This document shows, in pieces, positions 27,611 through 38,054 of a stretch of 64,000 nt of DNA (position 1 is the stretch's first letter; every line of letters starts with the position of its first letter). The notes under the pieces are model-generated. The model was not told the DNA's origin. It was given only the letters and a program-made list of their open reading frames with translations, and did not search any database. A program made the translations under genes and the position numbers. This stretch comes from a virus (taxonomy: Duplodnaviria; Caudoviricetes), in IMG/VR virus record IMGVR_UViG_3300049215_000063, positions 2,147-66,146 of that record; one strand, written 5' to 3'.

Positions 27611-29548
27611 ATGACAATACCCGCCAATCAGATCGTCAATGTCGTGCCAAGCGTCATCTCCGCCGGCGGCACCGGGCCGAACGGCGTCGGCTTGATGCTG
27701 ACGACAAGCACGCGCATTCCGCTCGGCACAGTGCAAAGCTTCGCCAATCAGCAAGCCGTGGCGGCCTATTTTGGGGCCGGTTCCTATCACGCGGCCGAAG
27801 CGGGCATTTATTTCACCGGCTTCAATGGGGCGACCATCCAGCCCTCGACGCTGTTGATGGCGCAGTACAATCAAAATGCTGTGGCGGCCTACATCCGCGG
27901 CGGGAATGTCTCGACGCTCACGCTGGCGCAATTACAGGCGATTTCCGGATCATTGGATATCGTCATTGACGGCTATGCCCGCAACGCCGCGTCCGTCAAT
28001 CTGTCCGCGGCGACCAGCTTCTCCAACGCGGCGACGATCATCGCCTCGGCGCTCAATACCGCCGATCCGACCGAAGCCACCGTCACGGCCGCGATCGGGG
28101 CGACCTTCACCGGGTCGCAATCCGGCACCAGTCTGACGACGACCTCCGTCACCGGCCTGATCTCGATCGGCGATACGGTTGCAGGTACGGGCGTGGCGTC
28201 GGGGACCACGATCGTTTCGCAGACCTCGGGCACCACCGGCGGCGCCGGCGTCTATGTGACCAGCAAGTCCGGGACGGCATCGTCGGCGTCATGCACGGCG
28301 AGCAGCAACGTCCTCGACGTGACGGTAGTTTCCGGCACCATCGAACCCGGCCAATACGTCACCGGCGCCGGCGTCACCTCCGCGGTGATCTTGTCGCAGG
28401 CCGGCGGCACCACGGGCGGCGTCGGCACTTACGTCATCGCGGGATCGCCGCAGCAGGTCGCCAGCGAATCGATGACGATCGAGGCAACGCCGGTCGCTGT
28501 GACTTACGATTCAATTTCCGGCGCTTTTGTCATCACGTCCGGCATCGTTGGTCCCAATTCCACCGCGGCATTCGCGACCGGGACGATCGCGGCGACGCTG
28601 CTGCTGACTTCGGCGACCGGGGCTGTGCTTTCGCAAGGCGCTGCCGCAGCGACGCCAGCCGCTTTGATGACGGCGCTGATTGCGGTCAATTCGAATTGGG
28701 CCAACTTCATGACCCTGTTCGATCCCGATAACGGAACTGGCAATACGGTCAAACAGGCGTTCGCGGCGTGGAAGAACACCGCGTTGGGCGGTAACAAGTT
28801 CGGCTATTTCTGCTGGGATCCAGATGAAAGCCCGGCAACCTCGAGCGACGCCGCCGGAAGCCTTGGGCGCATTCTTGCCGGTAATAACGATTCCGGCACG
28901 CTTTTGATATGGGAGGGCGGCGCGACGGGGGATACCGGACTATGCGCATTCGCGCTCGGTGTTGCGGCGTCGACGAATTTCCAGCAGACCAATGGGCGCG
29001 TCAATTACGCCGGACGATCCCAGAGCGGGCTAGTGGCGGATGTGTCCGATCCGGTCACGTCGCAGAATCTATTGGCCAATGGCTATAGCTTCTACGGCGC
29101 CTATGGCGCAGCGAATCCAAATTTTATCTGGTTGCAAAACGGCGCAATCACTGGCCCGTTCCAATGGACCGACAGCTATGAGATTCAGATCTGGCTCAAT
29201 GGCCAGTTTCAGGTCGCCTTGCTCACGCTCCTTCAAAATACCTTGTCGATTCCGTTCAGTACCGCGGGGGCCGCACTCATCACCGGTGCCTGTCAATCGG
29301 TGATCCAGGCGGGTTTGAACTTCCGAGCGTTCGGTCCGGATACGCTTGACGCCACCGAAATCGCCGAAGTCAACAACGCCGCTGGGCTTAATATCGCGCC
29401 GACGCTGCAGAGTCAGGGCTATTACCTTCAGGTCAATGTCCCAGGCGCGACGGTGCGCGCCTCGCGCGGACCATGGCCGATCACGTTCTGGTATATCGAT
29501 CAGGGCAGCGTGCAGTCGATCGACCTTTCCAGCGTTCTCGTTCAATAA
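27611..29548 (+). CDS. tail sheath protein (DUF3383)
   Basis: IPANQIVNVVPSV, YFG, NGYSFYG, QIWLN..Q, FWY.D.GSVQ.I. Confidence 0.88.
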   Translation: MTIPANQIVNVVPSVISAGGTGPNGVGLMLTTSTRIPLGTVQSFANQQAVAAYFGAGSYHAAEAGIYFTGFNGATIQPSTLLMAQYNQNAVAAYIRGGNVSTLTLAQLQAISGSLDIVIDGYARNAASVNLSAATSFSNAATIIASALNTADPTEATVTAAIGATFTGSQSGTSLTTTSVTGLISIGDTVAGTGVASGTTIVSQTSGTTGGAGVYVTSKSGTASSASCTASSNVLDVTVVSGTIEPGQYVTGAGVTSAVILSQAGGTTGGVGTYVIAGSPQQVASESMTIEATPVAVTYDSISGAFVITSGIVGPNSTAAFATGTIAATLLLTSATGAVLSQGAAAATPAALMTALIAVNSNWANFMTLFDPDNGTGNTVKQAFAAWKNTALGGNKFGYFCWDPDESPATSSDAAGSLGRILAGNNDSGTLLIWEGGATGDTGLCAFALGVAASTNFQQTNGRVNYAGRSQSGLVADVSDPVTSQNLLANGYSFYGAYGAANPNFIWLQNGAITGPFQWTDSYEIQIWLNGQFQVALLTLLQNTLSIPFSTAGAALITGACQSVIQAGLNFRAFGPDTLDATEIAEVNNAAGLNIAPTLQSQGYYLQVNVPGATVRASRGPWPITFWYIDQGSVQSIDLSSVLVQ

Positions 29549-29560
29549 CAGGGGCACGTC

Positions 29561-29998
29561 ATGGGGCTCGATCTCACCGCCGCGAATTGCGTCATTACGC
29601 TGACGCTTTCTCCGCTGTTCACCACGCCGCAGCAGCTTCAAGGTTTCGCTGTGGATGATGTCTACACCACGCCGGAAATTGCGCCCACGGAAACCAAGAT
29701 GGGGGTCGACGGCGTGCTCTCTGGCGGCATGGTGTTCGTTCCGGTGGAACAAGAAATCATGCTGCAGGCGAATTCGCCGTCGATCGGTTTTTTTGATCAA
29801 TGGTATCTCTATCAAATATCCGGCCTGTCGTCGTATTCGGCGAACGGCACCACGACGCTGCCGGGTCTAGGCAAACAATGGATCATGACCAACGGTTTCT
29901 TGGTTGGCTATGTCCCCCTCCCGCCGGCCAAGAAGACGCTGGACGCCCAACACTTCCGTATTCGCTGGAATCTGTCCACGCCGGTTCCGATCGGCTGA
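29561..29998 (+). CDS. tail tube protein
   Basis: LQGFAVDD..MGVDG.LSGG..LQANSPS; follows sheath. Confidence 0.82.
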   Translation: MGLDLTAANCVITLTLSPLFTTPQQLQGFAVDDVYTTPEIAPTETKMGVDGVLSGGMVFVPVEQEIMLQANSPSIGFFDQWYLYQISGLSSYSANGTTTLPGLGKQWIMTNGFLVGYVPLPPAKKTLDAQHFRIRWNLSTPVPIG

Positions 29999-30002
29999 TT
30001 CC

Positions 30003-30470
30003 ATGCGTAAAAGCGAAATCGTCGCTGTGCCCGAATGGGGCGGCCGGGATGAGGGGAAGCTGTTCAAGATCACCGAATGGGACGCCTTCCGCGCCGAGAA
30101 ATGGGCGTGGCGCATGGGCCTCGCCCTCAAGGGCACCAACGGCGAGTTGCCGGACGCTATCGCCCGGCTCGGCATGGTCGGCATCGCGGTTCGGACGATC
30201 AATGCGATTCTCTCGGCGGATGTCGATCCTGCAAAGCTGATGCCGCTGCTCGATGAGATGATGACCTGCGTCAAGATCGTTCGCGATCCGAGCGTGAGAG
30301 ACCCGGCCACGGGCCAACCCTTGGCCGTTGATTTGGTCGGACAGGACGATATCGAGGAAATCAGGACGGTCGGATGGCTCAGGTCGGAGGTCCTGAGAAT
30401 ACATACAAATTTTTCCGCGACCGCGGCGCTGTCCGCGTTGATCTCGGTTATTCGGGAGTCAGTCTCTTAG
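30003..30470 (+). CDS. tail assembly chaperone
   Basis: GRDEGK.F.ITE..AEKWA..PLLDEMM.C..DIEE..LR.EVL.IH. Confidence 0.75.
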   Translation: MRKSEIVAVPEWGGRDEGKLFKITEWDAFRAEKWAWRMGLALKGTNGELPDAIARLGMVGIAVRTINAILSADVDPAKLMPLLDEMMTCVKIVRDPSVRDPATGQPLAVDLVGQDDIEEIRTVGWLRSEVLRIHTNFSATAALSALISVIRESVS

Positions 30471-30658
30471 ATTATCCGAACGTCCCGCCATCGATCGGTA
30501 TGGTGGTATCGCGCGATCTGAAAATGATCGAGCCGTTGAACGCGACCATCAGTGTCGAAGAGCTGCATGATCTCTTGGAAATAATCGTGATCGACGGCCA
30601 TAACGCGCGGCAGATTGCGAAGGCCGAAGCGGCGCGGCGGAGACGAGGCCAGCAATGA
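30407..30658 (+). CDS. tail assembly chaperone extension in the -1 frame
   Basis: Overlapping ORF (DYPNVPPSIG..LHDLLEII.ID.HN) before the tape measure gene; A-AAT-TTT heptamer at 30407-30413. Confidence 0.55.
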   Translation, partial: KFFRDRGAVRVDLGYSGVSLLDYPNVPPSIGMVVSRDLKMIEPLNATISVEELHDLLEIIVIDGHNARQIAKAEAARRRRGQQ

Positions 30659-32328
30659 CGACGGTCATCGGCTCGCTCGTTGTTGAACTCGCGATTGACG
30701 CCCGCCAACTGAACGAAGGCACGCGCCAGGCGCTTGAGAATTTCAAGCGCACGCAGGAAGAAGCCAAGAAAGGCGGCGGTCAGGTCGAGGCCGAAGGCAA
30801 GCGGGTCATTAATTATCTGGACTCGCTCAAACGCGCCGCGCTCGGGGTGACGGGCATTCTCTTGGGCGGCATGGGATTAAAGGAATTCACCGGATATCTC
30901 ACCAATCTCGACGCCGCGACCGCGCGCGTCGCCAAGACAATGGATGTCTCGGTGCGCGAACTATCCGCGTGGCAGGGCGCGGCGGAACAGACCGGCGGCT
31001 CCGCCGAAGGCATGACCGGGACGCTGCAAAATCTCTCGAGCGAGGTGAACAAGTTTGTTCTGACCGGGCAGTCCGGATTGCTCGCGGTTCTCACCCCGTT
31101 GGGCATCGGACTCTACAACACCAACGGACAACTTAAAACGTCGACCGAACTCTTTCTCGAGCTTGCCGACGCGGTGCAGGGCATGGACCCGGCGCGGGCA
31201 AGAGCGATGCTGTCCATGCTCGGCATGGATCAGAGTGCGATCAATCTTGCGATCCAGGGCCGTCATGCGATCGAAGGATATTTGGACGCGGCGAAAGCGG
31301 CTGGTCTGACGACCGCGCAAAGTGCGGAGGACGCCGCCGAATATCAGCGGCAGTTGGCGCTGCTCAATCTGACGGCGACCAATACCGGCCGCACGCTGCT
31401 GACGACGTTTGCGCCGGCGCTCGACATTGCGCTCGTCACGTTGCGGCATCTGGCGGACGGTAATATCTGGGGCGCGATCGGGCACGGTTTCGCCGCGCCG
31501 TTCAAGCAATTTGTCGCCGTCATCGACGACATGAATGCCAAGCTTTACGACGCCGCGGCCCTGGTCGCGGATTTCTTCGGCAATAAGGATAAGGCGGCGG
31601 AGGATAGGGCCAAGGCATCAGAAGCCAGACAAAGCGCACAGTCATGGCGCACCGGAGCGGAACAAAGCCGTCAGGCCTCGCTCGCAGATCAGGGCCTCGT
31701 GGGCCATCTTGCCGCCGGCCAGACCGCGCCGCTCGAAACTCTGGAAGCGACGATGGGCTCGCGCGGCGACCGCAACAACAATCCCGGCAACATCAAAATG
31801 GGGCCGGTGGCGCGAAAGTTCGGTGCGGTCAGTCAGGACGATCAGGGCCATGCGATTTTCCCGACGTGGCAGGCCGGTAACGCCGCGCAAGCCGAATTGC
31901 TGCGGCGGAGCTATTCCGGCCTGACGCTCGCCGAGATCGGCCAGAAATACGCTGAGGATCCGAATTGGGCATCAGGCGTCGCGCAATACAGCGGGTTTTC
32001 GCTGAGTCAGGTGCCCGATCTTTCCGACCCGGCGACCATGGGGCGCCTGCAGGCTGCAATCCGGCGCCAGGAGGGCACGCATGCCCCGGCGGGGTTCCCT
32101 ACGGGCTCTTTGGGCATGCCGATCGGCGCGCCGGCCGCGGCGACGCTGCAGCATTCCAGCATGATCGACAACAGCCGGGGCAACACCACGCATATGGTGA
32201 AAGTGGAGACCGGCGACATTCACGTCAGCGCCCCGAATGCGCGCACCAATGGCGACATAGGGGAAGCGATCGGGGCGTCGTTGCAGCGGCAAGCGGCGCT
32301 GGCGTCATGGAATACCGGGCTGGTGTAA
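30655..32328 (+). CDS. tape measure protein with C-terminal lysozyme-like domain
   Basis: Ala-rich helical N-terminus; RNNNPGNI..F.T..G..A..L..Y..YA motif. Confidence 0.82.
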   Translation: MTTVIGSLVVELAIDARQLNEGTRQALENFKRTQEEAKKGGGQVEAEGKRVINYLDSLKRAALGVTGILLGGMGLKEFTGYLTNLDAATARVAKTMDVSVRELSAWQGAAEQTGGSAEGMTGTLQNLSSEVNKFVLTGQSGLLAVLTPLGIGLYNTNGQLKTSTELFLELADAVQGMDPARARAMLSMLGMDQSAINLAIQGRHAIEGYLDAAKAAGLTTAQSAEDAAEYQRQLALLNLTATNTGRTLLTTFAPALDIALVTLRHLADGNIWGAIGHGFAAPFKQFVAVIDDMNAKLYDAAALVADFFGNKDKAAEDRAKASEARQSAQSWRTGAEQSRQASLADQGLVGHLAAGQTAPLETLEATMGSRGDRNNNPGNIKMGPVARKFGAVSQDDQGHAIFPTWQAGNAAQAELLRRSYSGLTLAEIGQKYAEDPNWASGVAQYSGFSLSQVPDLSDPATMGRLQAAIRRQEGTHAPAGFPTGSLGMPIGAPAAATLQHSSMIDNSRGNTTHMVKVETGDIHVSAPNARTNGDIGEAIGASLQRQAALASWNTGLV

Positions 32329-32329
32329 A

Positions 32330-33133
32330 ATGCCGAACGTCCCCAACGTCCCCGGCGTGCCGGCGCTGTCGAGCTACGCCACCAACAATACATCGCTGTT
32401 GATTACCGACGCGGCGATCGTTGTTGGGGCGTTTCTGCCACCGCCATGGGGAATTTACTATCAGGGCCAACCCGTATTGCTGCCCGCCAGCATTGCGTCG
32501 CAGCTCGCGTCGTCGGCCTTGGCGCCGTTCGCGCAGGTTGCCTCGTTGCTTGGATTTCCCAATCTGTTGCCGGTGTTTGCGTCCACTCTGGAATTCGACT
32601 TCGATCAAGAATGGGCCATCGCCGATACACAGCAAGAGCAGGGCGCGTTCCAGTCCTATGACAAGGTTCAACTGCCGTTCGATCTGCGTACCCGGATTTG
32701 CTGCGGCGGCGCGGTGGGGCCGCGCCAGGCATTCCTCAATGCCATTTTCGCCATCGCCGGAGGGTCGCCGCTCGGATCGTCCTCGTTGATCACATCGGCG
32801 CTGTCATCGGTTGCATCCGCCGCGGGATTGAGTTCGATCGGGGCCTCACTGACGGGCGGCATTCTGTCGGGGACACTAACACCGCCGCTGTTCGATATCG
32901 TGACGCCGGAAGGCACCTATGCGAGTTGCAGCGCGCGGCGGGTGTCATTCTCGCGGCGGTCGGACGAGGGCGCAACCCTGATCGCGGTCGATCTGTGGTG
33001 GAAGCAGATCAGGCAGACCTCGACGGCGTCGTTTTCCAACGCCCAGATACCCGGAATCGCCGGGCAGCAAAGCATCAGCAATGTGCAGCCGCAAACGCCG
33101 AACGTCACCTTTCCGAGCGGAAGCCTGATGTGA
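32330..33133 (+). CDS. baseplate/tail tube initiator protein
   Basis: WGIY, EQGAFQSYDKVQLPF, DIVTPE.TY. Confidence 0.7.
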   Translation: MPNVPNVPGVPALSSYATNNTSLLITDAAIVVGAFLPPPWGIYYQGQPVLLPASIASQLASSALAPFAQVASLLGFPNLLPVFASTLEFDFDQEWAIADTQQEQGAFQSYDKVQLPFDLRTRICCGGAVGPRQAFLNAIFAIAGGSPLGSSSLITSALSSVASAAGLSSIGASLTGGILSGTLTPPLFDIVTPEGTYASCSARRVSFSRRSDEGATLIAVDLWWKQIRQTSTASFSNAQIPGIAGQQSISNVQPQTPNVTFPSGSLM

Positions 33134-33134
33134 C

Positions 33135-33449
33135 ATGCCGCAGATCGTGCCGTTGCAGGCGATCCCGAACCAGACGTTGCAGGTCCAGCTCAACAGTCAG
33201 AACTGCACGCTGAACGTCCAGCAATTCGCATTCGGATTGTTCATCACGGTCTATGTCGGGCCATCCCTGATCATTCCGACGGTGCTCTGTCAGAATCTCA
33301 ATCGCATCATCCGTGATGCCTATTTGGGGTTTGTCGGCGATCTGGCATTTCTGGACACGCAGGGTACGTCGAATCCGGTCTATACCGGGCTCGGGAGCAA
33401 CAGCGCGGCGCGCTATCAGTTGTTCTATCTGTTTCCGGCTGATCTGTGA
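33135..33449 (+). CDS. small baseplate protein
   Basis: VPLQAIPNQ..YLGFVGDL.FLDTQG..P.YTGLG..RYQL. Confidence 0.7.
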   Translation: MPQIVPLQAIPNQTLQVQLNSQNCTLNVQQFAFGLFITVYVGPSLIIPTVLCQNLNRIIRDAYLGFVGDLAFLDTQGTSNPVYTGLGSNSAARYQLFYLFPADL

Positions 33450-34429
33450 TGGCGTCGTTCACGCAAAAGCTGATCACCGTCACGGTGCAGCTCGCCAATA
33501 ATCCCGGCACCAATCAGCCCAACACCTTCGCCGAAGGATCCGTTCCCGGACAGGCGGCGGGTTCGAATACGGTCACGCTGTCGAATTCCCGCACCAGTGT
33601 GCGCATCCGCAATTCCGGCACGTTTCTGCAAACGGCGACGGTCAAGGTCTGGGGCCTGACGCCAAGCCTGATGAATCAACTCTCGACGCTCGGCATCGTC
33701 TATAACATCGTCGCCAAGAACCTGATCACGATCAACGCGGGAGACAACATCAACGGCATGCCGGCAGCGTTTTCCGGCACGATCATGAACGCCTATGCCG
33801 ACTATCGTATGATGCCGGATGTGCCGTTCGTGTTCGAATGCAATGGGCTGTTGGCCGGCGGCATCGCTTCGGTGCCGGCCGCGAGCTTTTCGGGCGCGAC
33901 GGACGTGGCAACTATCATGGCCGGGCTCGCACGTCAGGCGGGACTCGGATTTCAGAATTCCGGCGTTTCCGTTCAACTATCGAACCCTTATTTTCCAGGT
34001 TCGATCAATCAACAGATCGACGCATGTGCGCGGCACGCCGGTATCAGTTACGGCATCGTCAATGCGACGCTGAATATCTGGCCGAAGGGCGGGTCGCAAG
34101 CCGCCGGCCTTTCCGTGCCGATCATATCTCCGGCGACGGGCATGATCTCGTCGCCGCAATTGACGCAGCAGGGCATCGTCGTCGATACGCTGTTCAACGC
34201 GCTGATCGCGTATGGTGGTCCAGTACAGGTACAAAGCGACGTGCTCTCCGGGGTGCTCTCCGCGCAATCCGTGGCGAACTCGACGTTTAAAACTCCGGCG
34301 AACGGTGTGTGGGCAGTCTATAAGCTCGATCACGCCTTGGATTCGCTGGTCCGTAATGGGCTGTGGCAGTCCGCGGTCTATGCCTACAACCCGAATTATC
34401 CCAAACCCGTGATTGCGGCGGTCGGATAG
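33449..34429 (+). CDS. baseplate hub protein
   Basis: VWGL..MNQL, NAG..FSGTI, F.N.GV..L.NPY..GS, IS..TGM..P. Confidence 0.75.
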   Translation: MASFTQKLITVTVQLANNPGTNQPNTFAEGSVPGQAAGSNTVTLSNSRTSVRIRNSGTFLQTATVKVWGLTPSLMNQLSTLGIVYNIVAKNLITINAGDNINGMPAAFSGTIMNAYADYRMMPDVPFVFECNGLLAGGIASVPAASFSGATDVATIMAGLARQAGLGFQNSGVSVQLSNPYFPGSINQQIDACARHAGISYGIVNATLNIWPKGGSQAAGLSVPIISPATGMISSPQLTQQGIVVDTLFNALIAYGGPVQVQSDVLSGVLSAQSVANSTFKTPANGVWAVYKLDHALDSLVRNGLWQSAVYAYNPNYPKPVIAAVG

Positions 34430-35122
34430 ATGCCGTCCGGCTACGGGCAACAAACTCCGGAGGACAGCAACAGCGATTTGGGGGCGGTTGCGTTTATCGT
34501 GCGCCAGATGATGGCGCAGATGGACACGATGAAGCTGGTGCAGGTCGTCGCCGTGCACGGCGGGGCTGGTGCGATTGCCGCCGCCGGGACGGTGGATGTG
34601 CTCCCGTTGGTCAATCAGATCGACGGCGCGACGCCGCCCAATCCGACGCCGCACGGCACGGTCTATGGCATCCCTTGGTCACGCCTTACCGGCGGGCAGA
34701 ACGCCGTGATCTGCGATCCGCAAGCCAACGACATCGGTTATGTGGTCGCGGCCGATCGCGACATCTCGGTCCTCAAGACGACATTCGCGCAGGGCAATCC
34801 CGGCTCACAACGGCGGTTCAATATCGCCGACGGCATCTACACCTCGCTCGCGCTCAATGTCGCGCCCAATCAGTATCTCGTTTTCACATCGACCGGCGTC
34901 CGTCTGGTCGATCAATTCAACAACTCAATTGCCTTGGCGTCCAGCGGCGTGACCATAAGCGTTGCCGGTTCTGTCATCGGTCAATTCACGTCAACGGGCC
35001 TCGCCGTCACCGGCAAGATCATATCGACGGGTGACATGGTGGCGGGTTTGATCAGCGTTCAGAACCATCTCACCACGGGCGTGCAATCAGGGTCCGAGTT
35101 GTCAGGGCCGCCGACAGGATGA
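34430..35122 (+). CDS. baseplate spike (Gp138-like)
   Basis: VDVLPLVNQID, GG.NAVICDP..DIG..ADRDIS, RRFNIADG. Confidence 0.8.
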   Translation: MPSGYGQQTPEDSNSDLGAVAFIVRQMMAQMDTMKLVQVVAVHGGAGAIAAAGTVDVLPLVNQIDGATPPNPTPHGTVYGIPWSRLTGGQNAVICDPQANDIGYVVAADRDISVLKTTFAQGNPGSQRRFNIADGIYTSLALNVAPNQYLVFTSTGVRLVDQFNNSIALASSGVTISVAGSVIGQFTSTGLAVTGKIISTGDMVAGLISVQNHLTTGVQSGSELSGPPTG

Positions 35123-35128
35123 CCATCC

Positions 35129-35515
35129 ATGGCATCGACCTTGTTGCTCGATACTGTGGCCTGGGATCTGGTGCTCGATGCCAACGTCAACATCGCGGTC
35201 GCGGCTGAACCGTATTCGTTGGCGCAAGACGCGGCGTCAGCCATTCGCACCTTCGCCGGCGAGTGTTTCTGGGATACGACGGTCGGCGTCCCGTATTTGA
35301 CGCAGATATTCGGTCAATCGCCGCCGCCCCTGACGCAGATCAAACAAGATTTCATCAATGCCGCCTTGACCGTGCCGGACGTGGCGTCGGCGCAAGTCTT
35401 CATTTCTGGCATTACCAAGCGCGTGCTGAGCGGGCAGGTGCAGGTGGTTTCGGCTTCGACCGGACAGGTGTCGGCGGCGAACTTTGCCGTGGTCAATCCG
35501 CAAGGTGCCGGTTGA
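35129..35515 (+). CDS. baseplate wedge/sheath initiator
   Basis: WDL.LD..NIA..YSLAQD.ASA.R.F.GEC.WDT..GVPY. Confidence 0.75.
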   Translation: MASTLLLDTVAWDLVLDANVNIAVAAEPYSLAQDAASAIRTFAGECFWDTTVGVPYLTQIFGQSPPPLTQIKQDFINAALTVPDVASAQVFISGITKRVLSGQVQVVSASTGQVSAANFAVVNPQGAG

Positions 35516-35518
35516 ACG

Positions 35519-37405
35519 ATGGCGAATATCGGCACCACCAACGTCCCGGCGATCGATTGGAGCTCGGGCGGTCCGATCGTCCCGTCCGGTCCCGCGGTCC
35601 TCACGGGCGTGCAGCAGGATTATAACGTCGCGTTCGCGGTGACGTTCAATTGGAATCAGAATACGCCGCAAGGCCAATTGGCGGGTTCCACGGCCGCCGT
35701 CGTCAACAACGCCAATCAGGAAATCGCCTGGATCGCGACGCAGATCGATCCGGCCTACTCGACCGGGCGGTTCCAGGATGCGATCGGAAGGATAAGTCCG
35801 GGCGGGACGTTCGCCCGCATTGCGTCGGCGCCGACCACGCTGCAGATTGAATGTTTCGGCGGCACCAATACGCCGTTGCCGGCGGGGCCGGCGAGCTACG
35901 CAACGATCGTCGATCCAGCAAACAACGTCTATCAATGCACGCAGGCCGGCACGATTCCGGCGAGCGGGTCGATCGTTCTGTCGTTCGCGGCGTTGACCTA
36001 TGGTCCCATTCCCGTCCCGGAGACGGTCGCGCCCTATCAGGCAATCTCGGGCTGGGACAGCGCCATCGTCGTCTCCGGCGTGCAGGGACAGAACGTCGAG
36101 ACTTCGCAACAGTTCGAGTTGCGGCGCGAACAGTCCGTCAGCGCGAATTCCGCCAACAACAACGCAGCGATGCTGGGCGTCATTCTCAATGTGCCCGCGG
36201 TGCTCGACGCCTACGTGACGGACAATCCGAGCAATTCGCCGGCGACGATCGGCGGCGTGTCGATTCCCGCCAATACCCAATACATCGCCGTGACCGGCGG
36301 CACGGCGACCGCGGTGGCTCAAGCCATCTTTTCCAAGAAGGTGCCGGGCATTCCGCTTTACAGCGGCAACAACAGCGAGACGGTCCAGGACACCAATTCG
36401 GGCTATTCGCCGCCCTATCCGAGCTACACCATCACCTGGGAAACGCCGGCGGCCCTGGCGATTTTGTTCGCGGTCGTTGTCGCGTCCAGCCCGCAGGTGC
36501 CGAGCACCGCCAACACACAGATTCAGAATGCGATTCTCAACGCGTTCAACGGCGGCGGTGCGGTCGTCACCGGCTCGATCACGGGAACGGTCCTCACCGT
36601 CTCGTTTGTGTCGCAAGGCACGCTCACCGTTGGGCAGAGCTTGTCCGGCGTGGGCATCACGGCCGGCACGACGATATCCGGATTAGGAACGGGGAGTGGC
36701 GGCACCGGCACTTACATCGTATCGTCGAGTCAGACCGTAGCCTCGACCTCGATCGTTGCCGGATCAGCAACCAACAATCCGATTCCGCCGCGTGCCCGTA
36801 TCGGATCGTCGATCTATGCGGCGCAATATGCCGCGGTCATCACGGCATTAGGTTCATGGGCGGCGATCAAGTCGCTGCAAATCGGGTCGAACAACACGCC
36901 CGGCGCCGTCGTCAAGGGTTATGTCAACGGCACGACGCTCACCGTCGTATCGGTCACTTCGGGCACGATTGCGGTTGGGCAATGGCTCACCGGCGCCGAT
37001 AGCGTCAATGGCATCGTTGCTGGCACGACGATTACCGCCTTCGGCACGGGAAGCGGCGGGACCGGGACCTATACCGTCAGCAATACCCAAACCGTCGGCG
37101 CAAGCTTCACCGGTACGGCGTCGGGCGCCAATCTCACGGCTTCGGCCGTCACCGGGTATATCGCACCAGGTGACATCATCGCAGGAACCGGCGTGCCGAG
37201 CGGGACGACGATCCTGTCGCAAACCTCGGGCACCGCCGGCGGCGCCGGCGTCTATGTCACGTCTGTGTCGACAACCGCCTCATCGGCGGCGATCACGGCA
37301 AACGTCGCCGTCACCGCCACGGCGGCCAATCAGAGTCTTGTTGCGGTCAATATCAATCAGGAACCGACGCTGATCGCCGCGGGTATCGCGGTCGCGGTGT
37401 CGTAA
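35519..37405 (+). CDS. baseplate J-like wedge protein with three inserted beta modules
   Basis: [18 protein letters not shown]...FELRR..SV. Confidence 0.85.
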   Translation: MANIGTTNVPAIDWSSGGPIVPSGPAVLTGVQQDYNVAFAVTFNWNQNTPQGQLAGSTAAVVNNANQEIAWIATQIDPAYSTGRFQDAIGRISPGGTFARIASAPTTLQIECFGGTNTPLPAGPASYATIVDPANNVYQCTQAGTIPASGSIVLSFAALTYGPIPVPETVAPYQAISGWDSAIVVSGVQGQNVETSQQFELRREQSVSANSANNNAAMLGVILNVPAVLDAYVTDNPSNSPATIGGVSIPANTQYIAVTGGTATAVAQAIFSKKVPGIPLYSGNNSETVQDTNSGYSPPYPSYTITWETPAALAILFAVVVASSPQVPSTANTQIQNAILNAFNGGGAVVTGSITGTVLTVSFVSQGTLTVGQSLSGVGITAGTTISGLGTGSGGTGTYIVSSSQTVASTSIVAGSATNNPIPPRARIGSSIYAAQYAAVITALGSWAAIKSLQIGSNNTPGAVVKGYVNGTTLTVVSVTSGTIAVGQWLTGADSVNGIVAGTTITAFGTGSGGTGTYTVSNTQTVGASFTGTASGANLTASAVTGYIAPGDIIAGTGVPSGTTILSQTSGTAGGAGVYVTSVSTTASSAAITANVAVTATAANQSLVAVNINQEPTLIAAGIAVAVS

Positions 37406-38052
37406 TGGGCGTTCCGTATCCGCACCCGAATCCGGTTCCCGGTTCCAATGCCATCGGATCGTTCACGATCGGCGTCTCTCCGATCGGCGATATTCCGTCG
37501 TTCGATGTCTGGACGACGATGCTGTCGCAATATGCGAACAGTCCGATCATTACCCAACTCGTTTCGAACATGGCGCAATACGTCGATCAGACGCAGAACC
37601 TCGACGCGTTTTTCGACAATGTCTGGAACATCGGCACGGCCGTCGGTTCGGCACTCGATCTGTGGGGACGGATCGTCGGCGTCGGCCGGGTGCTGCAATT
37701 GCCGAGCAATACCTCGTATCTCGGTTTCGAAGAGGCAAGTTCATGGCAGACATTCGGGCAGGCGCCGTTCTATTCCAACGAGGCCGTCAGCAGTAATTAT
37801 TTGCTGTCCGACGCAGCATTTCGCACGCTGATTCTCGCCAAGGCGCTGTTCAACGTCAGTGACGGTTCGATACCTGCGACCAATCAAATTCTGCTCAATC
37901 TGTTCGGGCAGGGTTATGTGACGGACGGCCTCAATCTGACCATGACCTATACGTTTCCGACCGCTTTGACGCCGGTGCAATACGCCATCGTTCTCAATTC
38001 CGGCGTGCTGCCGCGCCCGCCCGGCGTTTCGACATCCGTGGTGCAGGGGTGA
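37405..38052 (+). CDS. baseplate wedge protein (DUF2612)
   Basis: SQYANSP, WNI.TA.G..LD.WGRIVG, LSD..FR.LILAKA..N, LPRP.GV. Confidence 0.85.
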   Translation: MGVPYPHPNPVPGSNAIGSFTIGVSPIGDIPSFDVWTTMLSQYANSPIITQLVSNMAQYVDQTQNLDAFFDNVWNIGTAVGSALDLWGRIVGVGRVLQLPSNTSYLGFEEASSWQTFGQAPFYSNEAVSSNYLLSDAAFRTLILAKALFNVSDGSIPATNQILLNLFGQGYVTDGLNLTMTYTFPTALTPVQYAIVLNSGVLPRPPGVSTSVVQG

Positions 38053-38054
38053 TC

